Of a stretch of 64,000 bases of DNA, positions 13,669 through 26,880 are shown piece by piece. Under the pieces are notes generated by a model. That model made no database searches, was not told where the DNA came from, and was given only the letters and a program-made list of their open reading frames with translations. This stretch comes from Octopus sinensis. Lineage: Eukaryota. The position numbers were made by a program, and so were the translations under genes. The DNA lies in NCBI RefSeq assembly GCF_006345805.1, contig NC_043005.1:92628001-92692000 (forward strand), in the 5' to 3' direction. Within the stretch, counting starts at the first letter, position 1. The number at the start of each line of letters is the position of its first letter.

Positions 13669-13886
13669 GGTACTATTTAAGAAGAGTGGTCCCGGTGCGC
13701 GCACTCGCGCCAGCTAGTCGTGACTAGTCGAACCTACGACGACCTAGCAAAGTAAATAACACACAAAATAAATAATTTTTTTAACAAAATAACACACAAA
13801 AACACCAAGTAAGGATCGACTAGTCATGACTAGCTAGCGCGGATGCGCGAGTACGCGCACCGGGACCACTGTTCTCAAGTAGTACC
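13669..13886. mobile_element. MITE with GC-rich ~75-bp TIRs starting GGTACTA
   Basis: Left ggtactatttaagaagagtggtcccggtgcgcg mirrors right cgcgcaccgggaccactgttctcaagtagtacc. Relatives at 21205, 22275-22881, 32595 and 32950. Confidence 0.8.
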
Positions 13887-14693
13887 GATTATTCATTATG
13901 TAATTTAATAGTTCTATTTTAGATAAATTAATAGAACTATTTAGACATATTGTTAAGAAATGTCAGTTGGTTAGAGATGAAGTGTTAAAGTGTAATATAT
14001 ACCTTGTCAGTGAAATTTCGTGGAAGTAGAACTTGATTAAATATGTTGATTCATAAGAGAAATAAAACTAAATGGGATTGAGAATTAAATCAACATGGAG
14101 ATTTACCCGAATAAAAGCAACAGGGAAAGTGGAATTTGTCGGCAATGAATTCAAAAGAAGGCTTTTTTTAATTCAAACTTCGTCCTGCCCAATGTCCAAT
14201 TCGTTAATCATTAATCATGGCTGCCCAACGATTAAAGACGCGTTGCTTTGTATTAGGTAAAGCCAACATTCATCAATCGACACTGCGCCGCACTTTCGTA
14301 CTCAAGTTTTGGTCCAGATGGCAGATATGTAAATAGACCCTTCCCCGCTTAAATTTTTTTTTTTTTACGGAAACACACGTTTTAGGCTATGGAGATTCCG
14401 ATTCTGAAAAAAACCAAAATTTTCAAAAATCGCAACTTCAAAATTTCAATTCCCCCGCTCCCCATTTCTTCAGTTTTCACTTTCCCCGGAAATTTTTTTT
14501 TTGCGAAATACGTACAACAATACGGAGATTATGATTCTGAAAAAAAAAAAAAAAATTTCAATTTTTTACCCCCCCCCCGCCTCAAGCAGGCTATTTATAT
14601 GCTAGAAATAACAGCCAAATCTTACAAAACTGCGATAACATAATGAAAGAAATGTGTAATCAATGTGTAACGGGTATAAACAATCAGTCCATG

Positions 14694-15492
14694 GGATCTT
14701 TTCCTTATGAACGGCACTTTTCAACACAATTTCTAGTGAACTAAACACTTTTAAACTTCGTATACTGGGAGAATACTGGTATACTGGTAAAACATAGTTT
14801 TTTCTTGGCTTTATTGAGAAAATTATATATATTGTAACATATTTCGTCTTTAATTTCGAGCATTGCGGCAATTTTAACCAATCGCTGACGTCCATTTAGG
14901 TAAATAACATTCTGTGCATAATGAATATATCCCCCTTTAAGAAACGGATTGGGTTTATTTACATTTGTGAAGAAAAAAGATACCCTTCCCCCAACCCTAA
15001 CTTTAACTCTAAATCTAAAATAGATTGAAATGCAATAGATCGATACTAGGGTTATAATTATGAGTGACAATTTCATACGACACCGCGACGGAAAATGGGA
15101 TTTTTTCTAGCGGTGTCAAATGAAAATGTCACCCATAATTATGGCCCTAGTATCGATCTATTGCATTTCAATCTATTTTAGATTTAGGGTTAGAGGTTGG
15201 GGAAAGGTATCTTTTTTTCTTCACAAATGTAAATAAACCCAATCTGTTTCTTAAAGGAGGGACATATTCATTATGCACAGAATGTTATTTACCTAAATGG
15301 GCGTCAGCGATTGGTTAAAATTGCCGAAATGCTCGAAATTAAAGACGAAATATCTTACAACCTATAGAATTTTCTCAATAAAGCCAAGAGAAAATGATGT
15401 TTTATAAACACATTCTACCAGTATACGAAGTTTAAAAGTGTTTAGTTAACTAGAAATTGTGTTGGAAAGTGCCGTTCAAAAGGAAAAGATCC
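14694..15492. repeat. ~800-bp foldback (palindromic) element
   Basis: Arms about 14694-15088 and 15111-15492 are inverted copies ending ggatcttttcc/ggaaaagatcc. Fragments at 21310, 37455, 41700, 44755 and 45760. Confidence 0.85.
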
Positions 15493-15789
15493 TCGATCTA
15501 TTGCATTTCAATCTATTTTAGATTTAGGGTTAGGGGTTGGGGAATGTTACAAAGTGCCGTTCAAAAGGAAAAGATCCAGTCCATGTTTTAGGTATAAACA
15601 ACAAAATTACAACTTATTATCTTCAGATCTGGCTGAGGTTTGTACCATCTCAATCAGGCATTTCTTACCCTTGTCTCTCTTCCCTAAAAAATTATGCTCA
15701 ATCCTTCCCTGAATGGAGCTTCTCTACTCATGTCTTTATTGCACATGTTCACTTGCAATGACTCAAGAGGAGCATTAGAACACATTGAA

Positions 15790-17600
15790 GGATCTTTTCG
15801 TACTCGTTTAGTGTCTCGCTAATCAGGTCAATGTGACTGTGGCTTGACACCATCACGGTGATGTCGTCGGCATAGGCAGACACGCTGTTTCCACCTCCTA
15901 GATCGCGCGGGATGCCTCTCAAAGCCTCCAACTTGCGCAGTAATGGCTCGAGAGTCAATACGTACAAGAGGGAGGAGAGAGGGCATCCTTGGCGAACCGA
16001 ACGCGAGATGTCAAGCGGCTCCGAAAGGTGACCGTTCACCCGTATCACCGAGCAGATGTTGCTGTACAAAGCAGCGATCCACCCGCGGAAGACTGGACCG
16101 AAACCGGCTACCTTGAGAACAGCTGCCAGGTATCGGTGGTCGAAGGCTTTACTCTGATCTAAATTGATCAAAGCCCCAACCGCGCCAGTGTCGTTACCCA
16201 CCCTATCTATGATGTAGCGCATGAGATGGAGATTATCGTGTATCGACCTGGTCGGCACGGCGCATGTCTGCGCCTTTTCAATCAGCTTGTCCACGACAAG
16301 CACCAATCTCTTGGCTAGCACATTGGCCCACCGTTCACCCCAAACAGTTGATCAAAGTGCCGCTGAAACACTGCACACATCGGAAACCTCGCTCCCGTTC
16401 TGGTCCACCAAAGATCGAATGGTCGCTTTGTTGCCACATTTCGCCTCCACCACGCAGCCTTAGTTCCCTCCCCGCTTAGCGAACGCGCCTTAGCTCTGAC
16501 AACGCAGCCTTCTTGTTTGGCGTCAAAGTGTTGGTCGAGGGCCAACCTAGCCGCCAACATGTCTGTTGCGATGCCTGTCTCAAGAGCCTCGTCTAGTTTT
16601 CTAACTAAATCCCGCTCTTTTTTCCTACGTTCTATAGCTAGAGCCTTACTAAACCTAATCGACTCTGCTCTAATTGCTCTCTTGAGAGCAAACCACCAGT
16701 TGTTGTTGATGATTGCCCCCGTGAGCGCCCGTTTAACTAATAAACTAATCCGGTCTCTGAAGGCTTTGCACGCCGTTAATGACACGTTCAGCTTCCAGTA
16801 GCCGGGAACTTGTCTATGTAAGATCACGAATTTGTGGTCCGTGTAGTCGACTAAGTGGAATTGTGGACACCCTATGCTGTCCTACAGAAGACTATCTAAG
16901 TACGATCTAGACGACCCGATGCGCTTAGTCCAAGTCTACATTCGGGTTGTCTAGTCGAAACCTGTCGGACGGCTGAAAGCGCCTGAGCAGGTTGGCGAGG
17001 CTCTTGCACCCCCTCTCCTATTAGATGCTCTCGTGCTCACCCGATCGAAACGTTCGTCTAAGACAGCGTTCCAATCCCCAACTAGCACTAGAGTGCGTGA
17101 CGTTCCCAAGAAAGCTTCCAGACGCTTGAAATAATCGGACTGCCCTGCTCCTGTCGGAGCGTAGGCAGCCAGAAGTCTGAAAGCACCACCGTCTACGTCG
17201 AGGACAACCAACTTACCTTCCGGATCCAGGAAGACTGTCCTCATTTTCAAATCCAGGCCCTTCCGAAACAAAACCGCAGTACCACCAACGCCCGCTCCCG
17301 GAGATAGAAAAATCTCGTATCCACCGAAAAGGGCAGCGAGTCGGAGAGCCTGGTTTCACTAATGGCTGCTACATCCACTCTATGAGACCTCAGGTCGTTT
17401 AACAGGTGACCCGAGGCCTCTCACATTTATGCTACCGATTCTGAGTTTTGCCATGTTTTAAAAAGGTTAAGGAGAAAAAGGCTCTACTTACTGTTATTGT
17501 TTGGTGGGGTGGCTCCCTTGTGCTTTTGCACGGGTGTTTCCACCAGGCTTTTCTAGAGCTTTTTTGAGAAATTTCTCCCTAGCGACCCAACATCGTTTGG
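15790..17600 (-). mobile_element. Tx1-clade LINE copy B, internally deleted and 3'-truncated
   Basis: ORF2 ATG at 17454 (MAKLRIGSINVRGL), VLVGDWNA, YWKLNVS, LDQSKAFD, QGCPLS, AYADD. Stops after NEYEK. Confidence 0.85.
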
Positions 17601-17781
17601 GAATTTCTCCATGATTTTATTATGTCTTAAATCTGTTAAAATGATACACAAAAGAGGAAAAACCCTCTCTCTATATCTTTATATACAAATGAAAGAATTC
17701 CGTTTTTTATATATACAATTATACATGCTTATACGCATATGGATGTATATATATATGTGTAGACAAGTTTGTATGTTTATA

Positions 17782-20107
17782 TCTCTATAAAAGGCAGTTT
17801 GTCTGTCTGTCAGGTTGTACCTTCACCCTGGCCACGGCTTTCAACCGATTCTGATGAAACTTGACACACACATAGCCCAATGTCATAAGTCAAAACTAAC
17901 GCAGTGAAAATTTTGAAAAGCTCCCCCAGTTCTGAAAAAATCGATAAATTCGACATGGGGTCGAGAATCTAAGCTTATCATATGCAACACATTTTCCGTT
18001 GTAGTTTTCGCAACTTGCAATCGATTTTCACCAAACTCATGGTGAAACTTAATGTTACCCTAAGGAACTTAATTCTGACGTTAGTTTTCCATGATTTTAT
18101 CGATGTTTTCTGATGGTAACCACCAGAAAAAATCCATAAAATCATGCCATTTTGGGAAATCGCGTTCAAATTCAAGATGACATATTTTCGACAATATCTT
18201 TAACAAATTGGCAGGAATTTTTTTTGAAATTCACAGCGAGCATTATGTCTGCCCCAAGGAGCTATATGGCCCTTTTGATTCCAATAGGATACGTTATTAC
18301 TGGAAAAAATCGGTTAATTACATCATACGTGGCACACATAGCAAACCGATTTTTCTGCGATATTTTTTGAAAGTTCACATACATTTTCCCTACACCGATG
18401 TTGGACATCAAGTTTGCATTAAATGTCAAACTAACGACCTTTTGTCAATGCAGTTAACAAGTATTGGGAGAAATCGACAAAACCATTTCACTTTGAGACC
18501 GACCATGTGAACCCTATAAAACTGACTTTTGTTAAATAGTTGGCGGATTTCAGGCGATTTAGTCGATTTTTGCCGCTTTTATCATAAAGGTTACTAGAAA
18601 TGGCATATGTTTTCCTTTTGCTTCAAACCCGAGCAATGTTGGGCTGTAGATGCGTTTCCGGTTGTGTGCGCACTTTCCTTGACACGATGATTGCAGCTCT
18701 TCCCATTGGCTCCCCAAACGGTGAACAATGCTCTCAATTAAACACCCTTTGGCCAATCCCATGCACTGACACACTCAGTTGTGCGCGTATAGTTTGTGAC
18801 TCCCACTTCTTCTCTCGCTTCACACGTTGGCCTACTTCTGCTAATTGTTGCTGCAGCCGCAAGTTATTCGAATACTTTTTTTGTTTAAACTTTCTTTATA
18901 ACTACCACCCCAAACGTTTTACCTTAAACTTTTGACGTACCCTAAGGGTCCTCGGACGCTACTTGCAAACTCTTGGTTTATCATAAGCCGCTTTTGTCGT
19001 GTGCACCAAAAAACTTTTTCCATTCGTTTGTTCAGTTTGGTCCCTTTTCGCTCTTTCGTTGTTGTCACTCACATTGCTGCCCGCTTTTGTACATTTTGGG
19101 ATACTTACCCCACATGTTCCTTTTTATTACACCTTTGCCAAACACATTGCTATCCACCAAAATGCCACCCAAGAAGAGAAGGACCCTCCTCAGCCCTCGG
19201 ACGGCCAAGGCATCGGCTGCTAGGGCTAGAAGGGCACGCGAGATCCACGAGGAAACCGCCTTGCACCTCTCGCAAAAAGCTTACCGTTCTACTCGACTTG
19301 CAAGGGCCGCAGTGTACAGATCTTCCCTCCGCTCGAAGTTGACGAAAGAGCAACAGTCCAGCCAAAACATGCGGGCTTCTTCCTGTGCTTCCATACGCAG
19401 AGCTTGCGAGAACCCCGAACAAAGGGCCATTCAGAATGCGGCTAACGCCGCTAGCACCGCCGGGACACGATGTCGAAACCCCACAGCAGAGGAGAACTCG
19501 CCAAGCTGCTGACGCTGCAAACACAGCCACGGCTCGATCTGCCGAAACACCTCAGAGGAGAGCTCGCCAAGCTGCTGATGCCGCAAACACAGCGATGGCC
19601 CGATCTGCCGAAACACCACAACAGAGGAGAGCTCGCCAAGCTGCTAACGCCGCATACACAGCCATGGCTCGAACTGCCGAAACTCCAGACCAGGACTAAA
19701 TCGGGATTAGTCGTTGCCTACTAGAGGCTCCCGAGCCCCTTTTCGCTAGACTTAAGTTAGGATTAGGTAGGGCTTAGCTGTGGTCCGAACCCAACTTGGG
19801 TTCGGGGAGGGGCGGTGTCAAAAAGGCCGGCGTGTGCAACCTTATTACCTCTGCCTGTCAAACTCCCAACTCATGCGTTCCTGTCGCGACACTGATCCCG
19901 CAGAACTGGGTTGGGTGTGCTAAACAAAACCAGAAAATGCACTTTGACTGTCATAGATTTTCTTCATGCATGCAAGGGAACGGTGCCTTGAATGCTTGTT
20001 AGGCTTCATTTTACAAAGTAACGGTTCAATGAGTACAAAAAAGGGTAAAAAGGTAAAGGGTATTGCTTATCGACAAAGTTTCTTACATACCCGGGCTATG
20101 CTGCTAG
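17782..20107 (+). mobile_element. Non-autonomous Helitron
   Basis: A|TCtctataaaaggcagtttgtctgtctg 5' end and cccgggctatgctgCTAG|T 3' end (A/T insertion, no TSD). Carries a repeat-encoding N-terminal ORF remnant; no Rep or helicase domain. Confidence 0.75.
19162..19699 (+). pseudogene. Frameshifted ORF with 23-aa STPR-like repeats, probably the N-terminus of a Helitron protein
   Basis: MPPKKRR start; 69-bp tandem units ETPQQRRARQAADAANTAMARSA from 19475; frameshift near 19470. Confidence 0.65.
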
Positions 20108-20442
20108 TATATATATATTGATGTGATCGTATATATGTATGCAAGTATATGTATGTGTATGCGTGATTCTATGTAGGTGTAAATATGTGTATATGCATAT
20201 CAAACATAGAATGGTCAACCACCTGTTCTTTCAGAAACCCTAGGGAGTGCCAAGTAAAAAATGGCAGTTTAGAAAATTCTTGCGGTGAATCTTATGCACA
20301 CAAATTCATACAATTATGAAAAAGGAGCAAAAATTTAATGGAAAGAGGGCTCCAGTCAACACTAATATACTATTACAAAGTTTGTTTTTGAAAACAAATC
20401 GCAACCGGGGTCGAGAGAACAAATGCCTCCGTAATAAGTAAT

Positions 20443-20781
20443 TTACTTGGCTGCCTTCTGAGTCTTCTTGAGGAGAAGGACAGCTTGGATGTTGGGAAGA
20501 ACACCACCCTGGGCGATGGTCACTCCTGACAAAAGCTTGTTCAATTCTTCGTCGTTACGGATGGCCAACAGCAAGTGACGGAGAATAATTCGGGTTTTCT
20601 TGTTGTCTCTGGCAGCATTTCCTGCCAATTCCAACACTTCAGCAGCCAGGTAGACAGGGACCCAGGCACCAATACGCTCACCATAGTTTCCTTTACGGAG
20701 AAGACGGCAGACAGGGAACTGAAGCCCGGCGCGGGATGAGCTCTTTCTTTTGGCTTTACCTCCTTTACCACGTCCAGACAT
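20443..20781 (-). pseudogene. H2A: Histone H2A with three in-frame deletions and no stem-loop
   Basis: Open 112-aa frame. Deletions of 9, 9 and 21 bp relative to the 42246 copy. Substitutions at normally invariant residues ([13 protein letters not shown]). The 3' UTR lacks the stem-loop segment. Confidence 0.85.
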
Positions 20782-21746
20782 AATTCAAATTGGTTGCAGA
20801 TTATGTAGCGAACAAACAGCAAATTAAGCCAGTATATATTAATTTACCTTTAAATAAGCTTTAGTCGGCTCCATGACGTAGTAGTTGCTCATTAGGCATC
20901 ATGTCACCAGACTTTTAAATTTTAACCAATGAAGTTACGAGGCGCCAAATTGAAATAATCGTTATCTGTTGCATCAACTTGTAGCTTCGGAAGTGGTAAA
21001 CAAAAGCAAGTGAAAGGAGTTGCTCATAAATTTTACCCCTCAAATTATGAAGAGTTTAAAATGCAGCCAACTGTTGTCCCTTGTAACGTCCCCTCTATGT
21101 AAACCTTTTTATAGGTAAATAAATATATTTAGTTACATCGTTTTAAATCGACTTGGGCTACTGTGGATCCTATATCCAAAATTTAATAGCTTGTTAGAAA
21201 TATCGGTACTACTTAAGAGTGGTCGCGCATCTGCGCTGGCTAGTCATGACTTGTCGATCCTACAACGACTACCTAGCAAAGTAAATAAAACACAAAATAA
21301 ATGTATCTTTTCCTTTAGATAGACAGAATTCAACCCAATTTCTAGTTAACTAAACAATTTGAAACTTCGTATACTGGTAGAATGTGTCAAAAGAAAACAT
21401 TATTTTCACTTGGCTCTTTTGATAAATTTGTAAGTTTAACGTAGTTTAATTCTTCGAATTTTAACCAATGAATCGCCAGTATTTGAACTCAAATCATTTG
21501 CTGCGTCTAAAAACTCAGACATCCTTAATTCCCTCGCTCCCCATTGCGCGAACTCTAGCTCTGACGATACAATCCATGGTTTAATTCCAGTCTCTTCACC
21601 CTCACCCGGGTCCCGTCGCCAGATCTTATGGCTTCTATTTGCTAGTCCTATACTATATCTAATGGACTCGTATTTTATGTCGAACTGGAAACAGAGGCGT
21701 TTCCTAAATGACATCACGTCACACGATTTAGCTGTGAAGGGTCAAT

Positions 21747-22075
21747 CACACCTGAGGAGATGACTGAGGCCATAGCCGACTGTGGCAGAGGTAAGGCGCC
21801 GGGACTCGATGGTTTGCCCTACGAACTATATAAAAATATGCCAGACTTGTTCGGACCAATACTGGCCAGCGTTTTCGCGAACTGGAACCAGAATGGGGGG
21901 ATTCCCAGGTCTGTACACCAGGGAGCGGTGACGCTGATCAGGAAGGACCCGGACAAGGGGAATAGAATAATTTTAGGCCCATCACCCTGCTGAAAGCGGA
22001 GGTGAAGATTTTGGCCAAGGTGTTAGCGAAAAGGTTGACGAGTGTCGCGGAGGCACAAACTTGTGCAGTCCCCAG
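21747..22075 (+). mobile_element. Internal Tx1 ORF2 fragment (copy C)
   Basis: GKAPGLDGLPYE...FRPITLLKAEVKILAKVLAKRL...AQTCAVP. Confidence 0.85.
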
Positions 22076-22274
22076 AACTAATATCTACTAAATAGCCCTA
22101 TCCTCAAATAAAAGGCAACGAGCTGGCCGAAATGATTAGGAATATTTTGCCCATCTTAACGCTTTGAATTCAACCAAGGTCGGCTTTAGTATTCATCCTT
22201 TCAGGGTCGATGTGATCGACGAGTCTCTTCCTACAAAATCCCAGGCCTTGTGAAGAAAAAAAAATCGATATTTC

Positions 22275-22647
22275 GGTACTACTTAAGAAAAGTGGTCCCG
22301 GTGCGCGCGCAAGCTAGTCGATCTATTTTTTTTTCTTTGGGTAAAAAAATATTTATTTGGATCTTTTCCTTTAGATAGAATTCTAGTCGTAAGTAGTCGA
22401 TCCTACAACGACTCGCGCGTATGCAAATTAGTTGATTTTACAGAATAAAATAAAAGAAATTTTTTAAGAAAGTAAATAAATTATTTCTTAGAACAATGTA
22501 TATGATTAGTTTTACACAAATCAAATAAAATGTGATATATTCTTTTAGTTTTTAATCATGTGTGTATATACACACCGATACAAATAGATATGTGTGATAT
22601 ATTCTTTTACTAGATTTTAGACAGCATCCACAGTAGGTACATCATTC

Positions 22648-22688
<41 letters not shown>

Positions 22689-22881
22689 GTGTGTGCATAT
22701 GAGTATTATGTGTGTGTATGTATATATTCCCTCACCACCCTTGTCTTGATCATTAATTAGACCCATTGGTTGTCTTCCAACCTACAACACAACTCATTTG
22801 CATACGCGCAAGTCGTTGTAGGATCGACTACTTACGACTAGAATTCTAGCGCGACTGCGTCCAGTCTTCGCTAGTAGTACC
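22275..22881. mobile_element. GGTACTAC-TIR MITE relative with internal (TA)n
   Basis: ggtactacttaagaaaagtggtcccgg ... ctagtagtacc. Internal inverted gtcgatcctacaacgac blocks with ATGCAAAT. Confidence 0.65.
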
Positions 22882-23284
22882 CAATCTGTTTAGATTTAGC
22901 TTTCGCGTTTAGGTAAGTCTAAGACCCACCAGTGACCAAAATGCGCGGAAAAGTTGAACGTTTTCTATAAATTGAATTCGTGCGAAAACGGTCGTATTTG
23001 TTGAAGTAAACTTAGGGGGCGAGATTTTGTTTTGCAGAAACTGTTCTTTTTCTTTATATGCATGAAATAAGTGGAGACCCGATTCAGTAGACTTGATTTA
23101 ATTGAAATGGAAGCAATTCTAATTTGTATACGTGTATAAAAAATCTTAAGACTACATACGTGTAAGAAAGAGGGTTGACCATCACTGATCGGATTCCATT
23201 CGTCAATTCAAAGCAGAAACCTGAAAAAAAAAATTAACTAATCGAAAAGCATATCACCCGAGGGGACTTTCGATATAATATAGG

Positions 23285-23300
23285 GGCCCTAAAAAGGGCC
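23285..23300 (-). promoter_or_regulatory. Histone 3' stem-loop of H3
   Basis: GGCCCT-TTTT-AGGGCC on the minus strand. Confidence 0.95.
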
Positions 23301-23322
23301 ATTTTACAATGCTAAAAGCAAC

Positions 23323-24312
<990 letters not shown>

Positions 24313-24342
24313 GCTCAAGATTCTGAAGCTTCATCACACACC

Positions 24343-24358
24343 GGCCCTTTTCAGGGCC
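24343..24358 (+). promoter_or_regulatory. Histone 3' stem-loop of H4
   Basis: GGCCCT-TTTC-AGGGCC. Confidence 0.95.
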
Positions 24359-26599
24359 ATATATATCTTACTTTGAGTCACCTCTTCTACTATTGATATG
24401 CTTATATTTAATGTTATAAATGTGATCTCATGCAATGTTGAGCCTAAAAATATGGAAGTGTCGCATGATCGTATCATATTTACGGTTGCAATCTTTTCAC
24501 TATAGTCTATATGCAAAAGCCGTTAGATTCACTTAAACGTTAATATGTCAATGTTTTCGTCGCTTTGGGACTGCGTCCTGTTCACTGCGAACGGTTTTTG
24601 TTTCTTAAATGGCTTATAAAATGCCTTCCACGCTGCAATTGTTTTCGTTCCAGCAAACTATCGGGCCAGGTCACTTGCTATGCAAGTACATCTCCCTATA
24701 TTTTGCTGGAATGGCTTATGCGACGTGGAGGCGAGCTGTAATAAGGTTATGGACTGCAGAATATAAATAGGTAACATTTTATTGTTGGTTGCTGTCAGAA
24801 AAGCAAGTTGGCGGAAGGGATTCTTCCTTTCAAAACGCAATCCCCACCGTTGTTGGAAAATAAGTTCTGGACCGAAACTAAGCGGGTCCAAGATGGACGG
24901 CGAAAGCCGAATGTTGTCTGGACTTTCTGCGCAGACGTAAGAATAGTTTGGCGCCAGTTGGTGATTTTCCTTCATTCGATTCAATCTGAATTAAACAAAT
25001 TTGCCGATTCTCAGCATGTCTGTTCCAATATGTGAATAGTTTCACAGAAAACCGCCCTAGTCTAGTCAGGCGACTAAAATCAGTAAAGATAAGTTATGAA
25101 GGCTTTTAGCACCGCTGTTATTTCTAGCATGAGGAGAGACCATTTAGGCTCACTTCATGCGTAAATGGCCGAACGAATTTTATCCAAATTATAGGCAAAT
25201 TTTTTTTACAAAATCAAAATCCTTTTTTATTCGTTTTAGTTAACCTCCAGTATTTGATCCGAACAAAAAGTAAGAAAGTGTAATATGTGTAGTAAATGAA
25301 TATGGAAAAAAATAGATTGCGCGCTGGCGAACGATGTTGGGCGGAGAGAGGACTCGGGTGGGGGGGACCTCGGTGAAGCTTAATTTTAAAATTGTAAAAC
25401 ACTCGAAGGTTTTCTTAAAAGTGAAGTTGAAATATTCTCTGGTTTGCAATGCAAAATAACTATAACGAGTAAAAGTCAAAACATTTTACCCATTCGGTAT
25501 TTTGTCGGTTGACATTTTAAACTTTATATAAACTTAATTTGACCCCCAAAATCAGATTGTATTGGCCCCTCGTGGGTAATAAAAGATCAATTTTAAACTT
25601 TATATAAACTTATTTGGCAAGATTTTTTATTTTCACAATCTGCATTGGATTCAGTAGAGTTAAAAATGGGAAAGTTGAGTGGGGTACCACACTTGGTGAC
25701 AAAAAGTTCAATGATTTAAGAGAAACTAGAAATACAAATTTTGAAATGCTGATTTAAAAAAAAAGTTTTAAGTAGGGCATTAAAGCTTCTTTAATGGTTT
25801 TGCATAACCATGAATTTCTGCATGTAGAAAGTTTTTTAAAAATTCCAAAAGGTGTATATGGGGTACTGAAACCAGAATTCCACCCCAACCCTTTTTTAAA
25901 GCATAATCTGCATCTTCGTAGCCGAAATATCGGATTTAGTTGAAAAAATTTTTTAAATCGAAAAGGAGTGGGGTGCGAATACTCTATGATTACACTTTGG
26001 GTTTTTAATTTTTTTTCTTTCTAAGTTTGTAAGTGTAACTTGACAGGGATTTAGCTGTTATTTCTAGAAGGCTGGGCTACACATGAAGGCTTTTGTTAGC
26101 GAGATAGTTTCATGTGAAAACTCAGTTCTATATCAGTAGGTAGCTTGCATTGGGTGTGAATGAGTTTGAAACTTAGATGTTGGGGGCAGAAGTAAAGGAC
26201 ATGGACTGCACCTCCCACTTTTTTTTTTCCTACAGAAACCCACCTTTTCGACTGCGAAGATTTCGAATCTGCAAAAGAAACTGCATTTTCGGTTTGGCTG
26301 TTTCTAGCTTGGACTGAGTTTTCTGTTTATATACTCTTTATGTTTCTATTTTAGTAGGAGGGGAGGGGTTTCTTTTTCTTTTCGCCCTAAAAATTTCTTT
26401 TTTAAAGTGAACTGGGGGGAGGAATTAAAATTTTGAAATGCCGATTTTTTTTTTGTATGGCAGATATGGAATCCCCGCAGTCGAAAAGGTGGGTTTCTGT
26501 AGAAACCCTCCCCCCAAAATAACCGAAAGCGATTAATGTGAGAACAATTCATGTGTTTGATGAGATACTATGGAGTCACATTCTCATATTTTATTTGTT

Positions 26600-26880
26600 T
26601 CAATCATTTGATAGGCCATGCTAGAGCATCACTTTTAGTCGAACAAATCAACCCCAGAACTTATTCTTTGTAAGCCTAGTACTTATTCTATCGGTCTCTT
26701 TTGCTGAACTGCTAAGTTATGGGGATGTAAACACATCAACATTGGGTGTCAAGGATGGTGAGGACACAAACATATATACATAGAGGCTATAGTTGAAGAC
26801 ACTTGCCCAAGCTGCCATGCAGTGGGACTGAACCTGGGAACCATGTGGTCGGTAAGCAAGTTACTTACCACACCACTATT
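26600..26880 (-). repeat. tRNA-derived SINE, CpG-decayed and internally deleted
   Basis: Homologous to 62640-63036, with CG changed to TG at several positions. Confidence 0.8.

Noticed and set aside
14990-15545. Interstitial telomere
   Set aside because: Only one or two degenerate aaccct/agggtt units, all inside a foldback repeat family.
19162-19512. Histone H1 or protamine-like gene
   Set aside because: It is K/R/A-rich but has no globular winged-helix motif and no stem-loop, is frameshifted, and lies inside Helitron termini.
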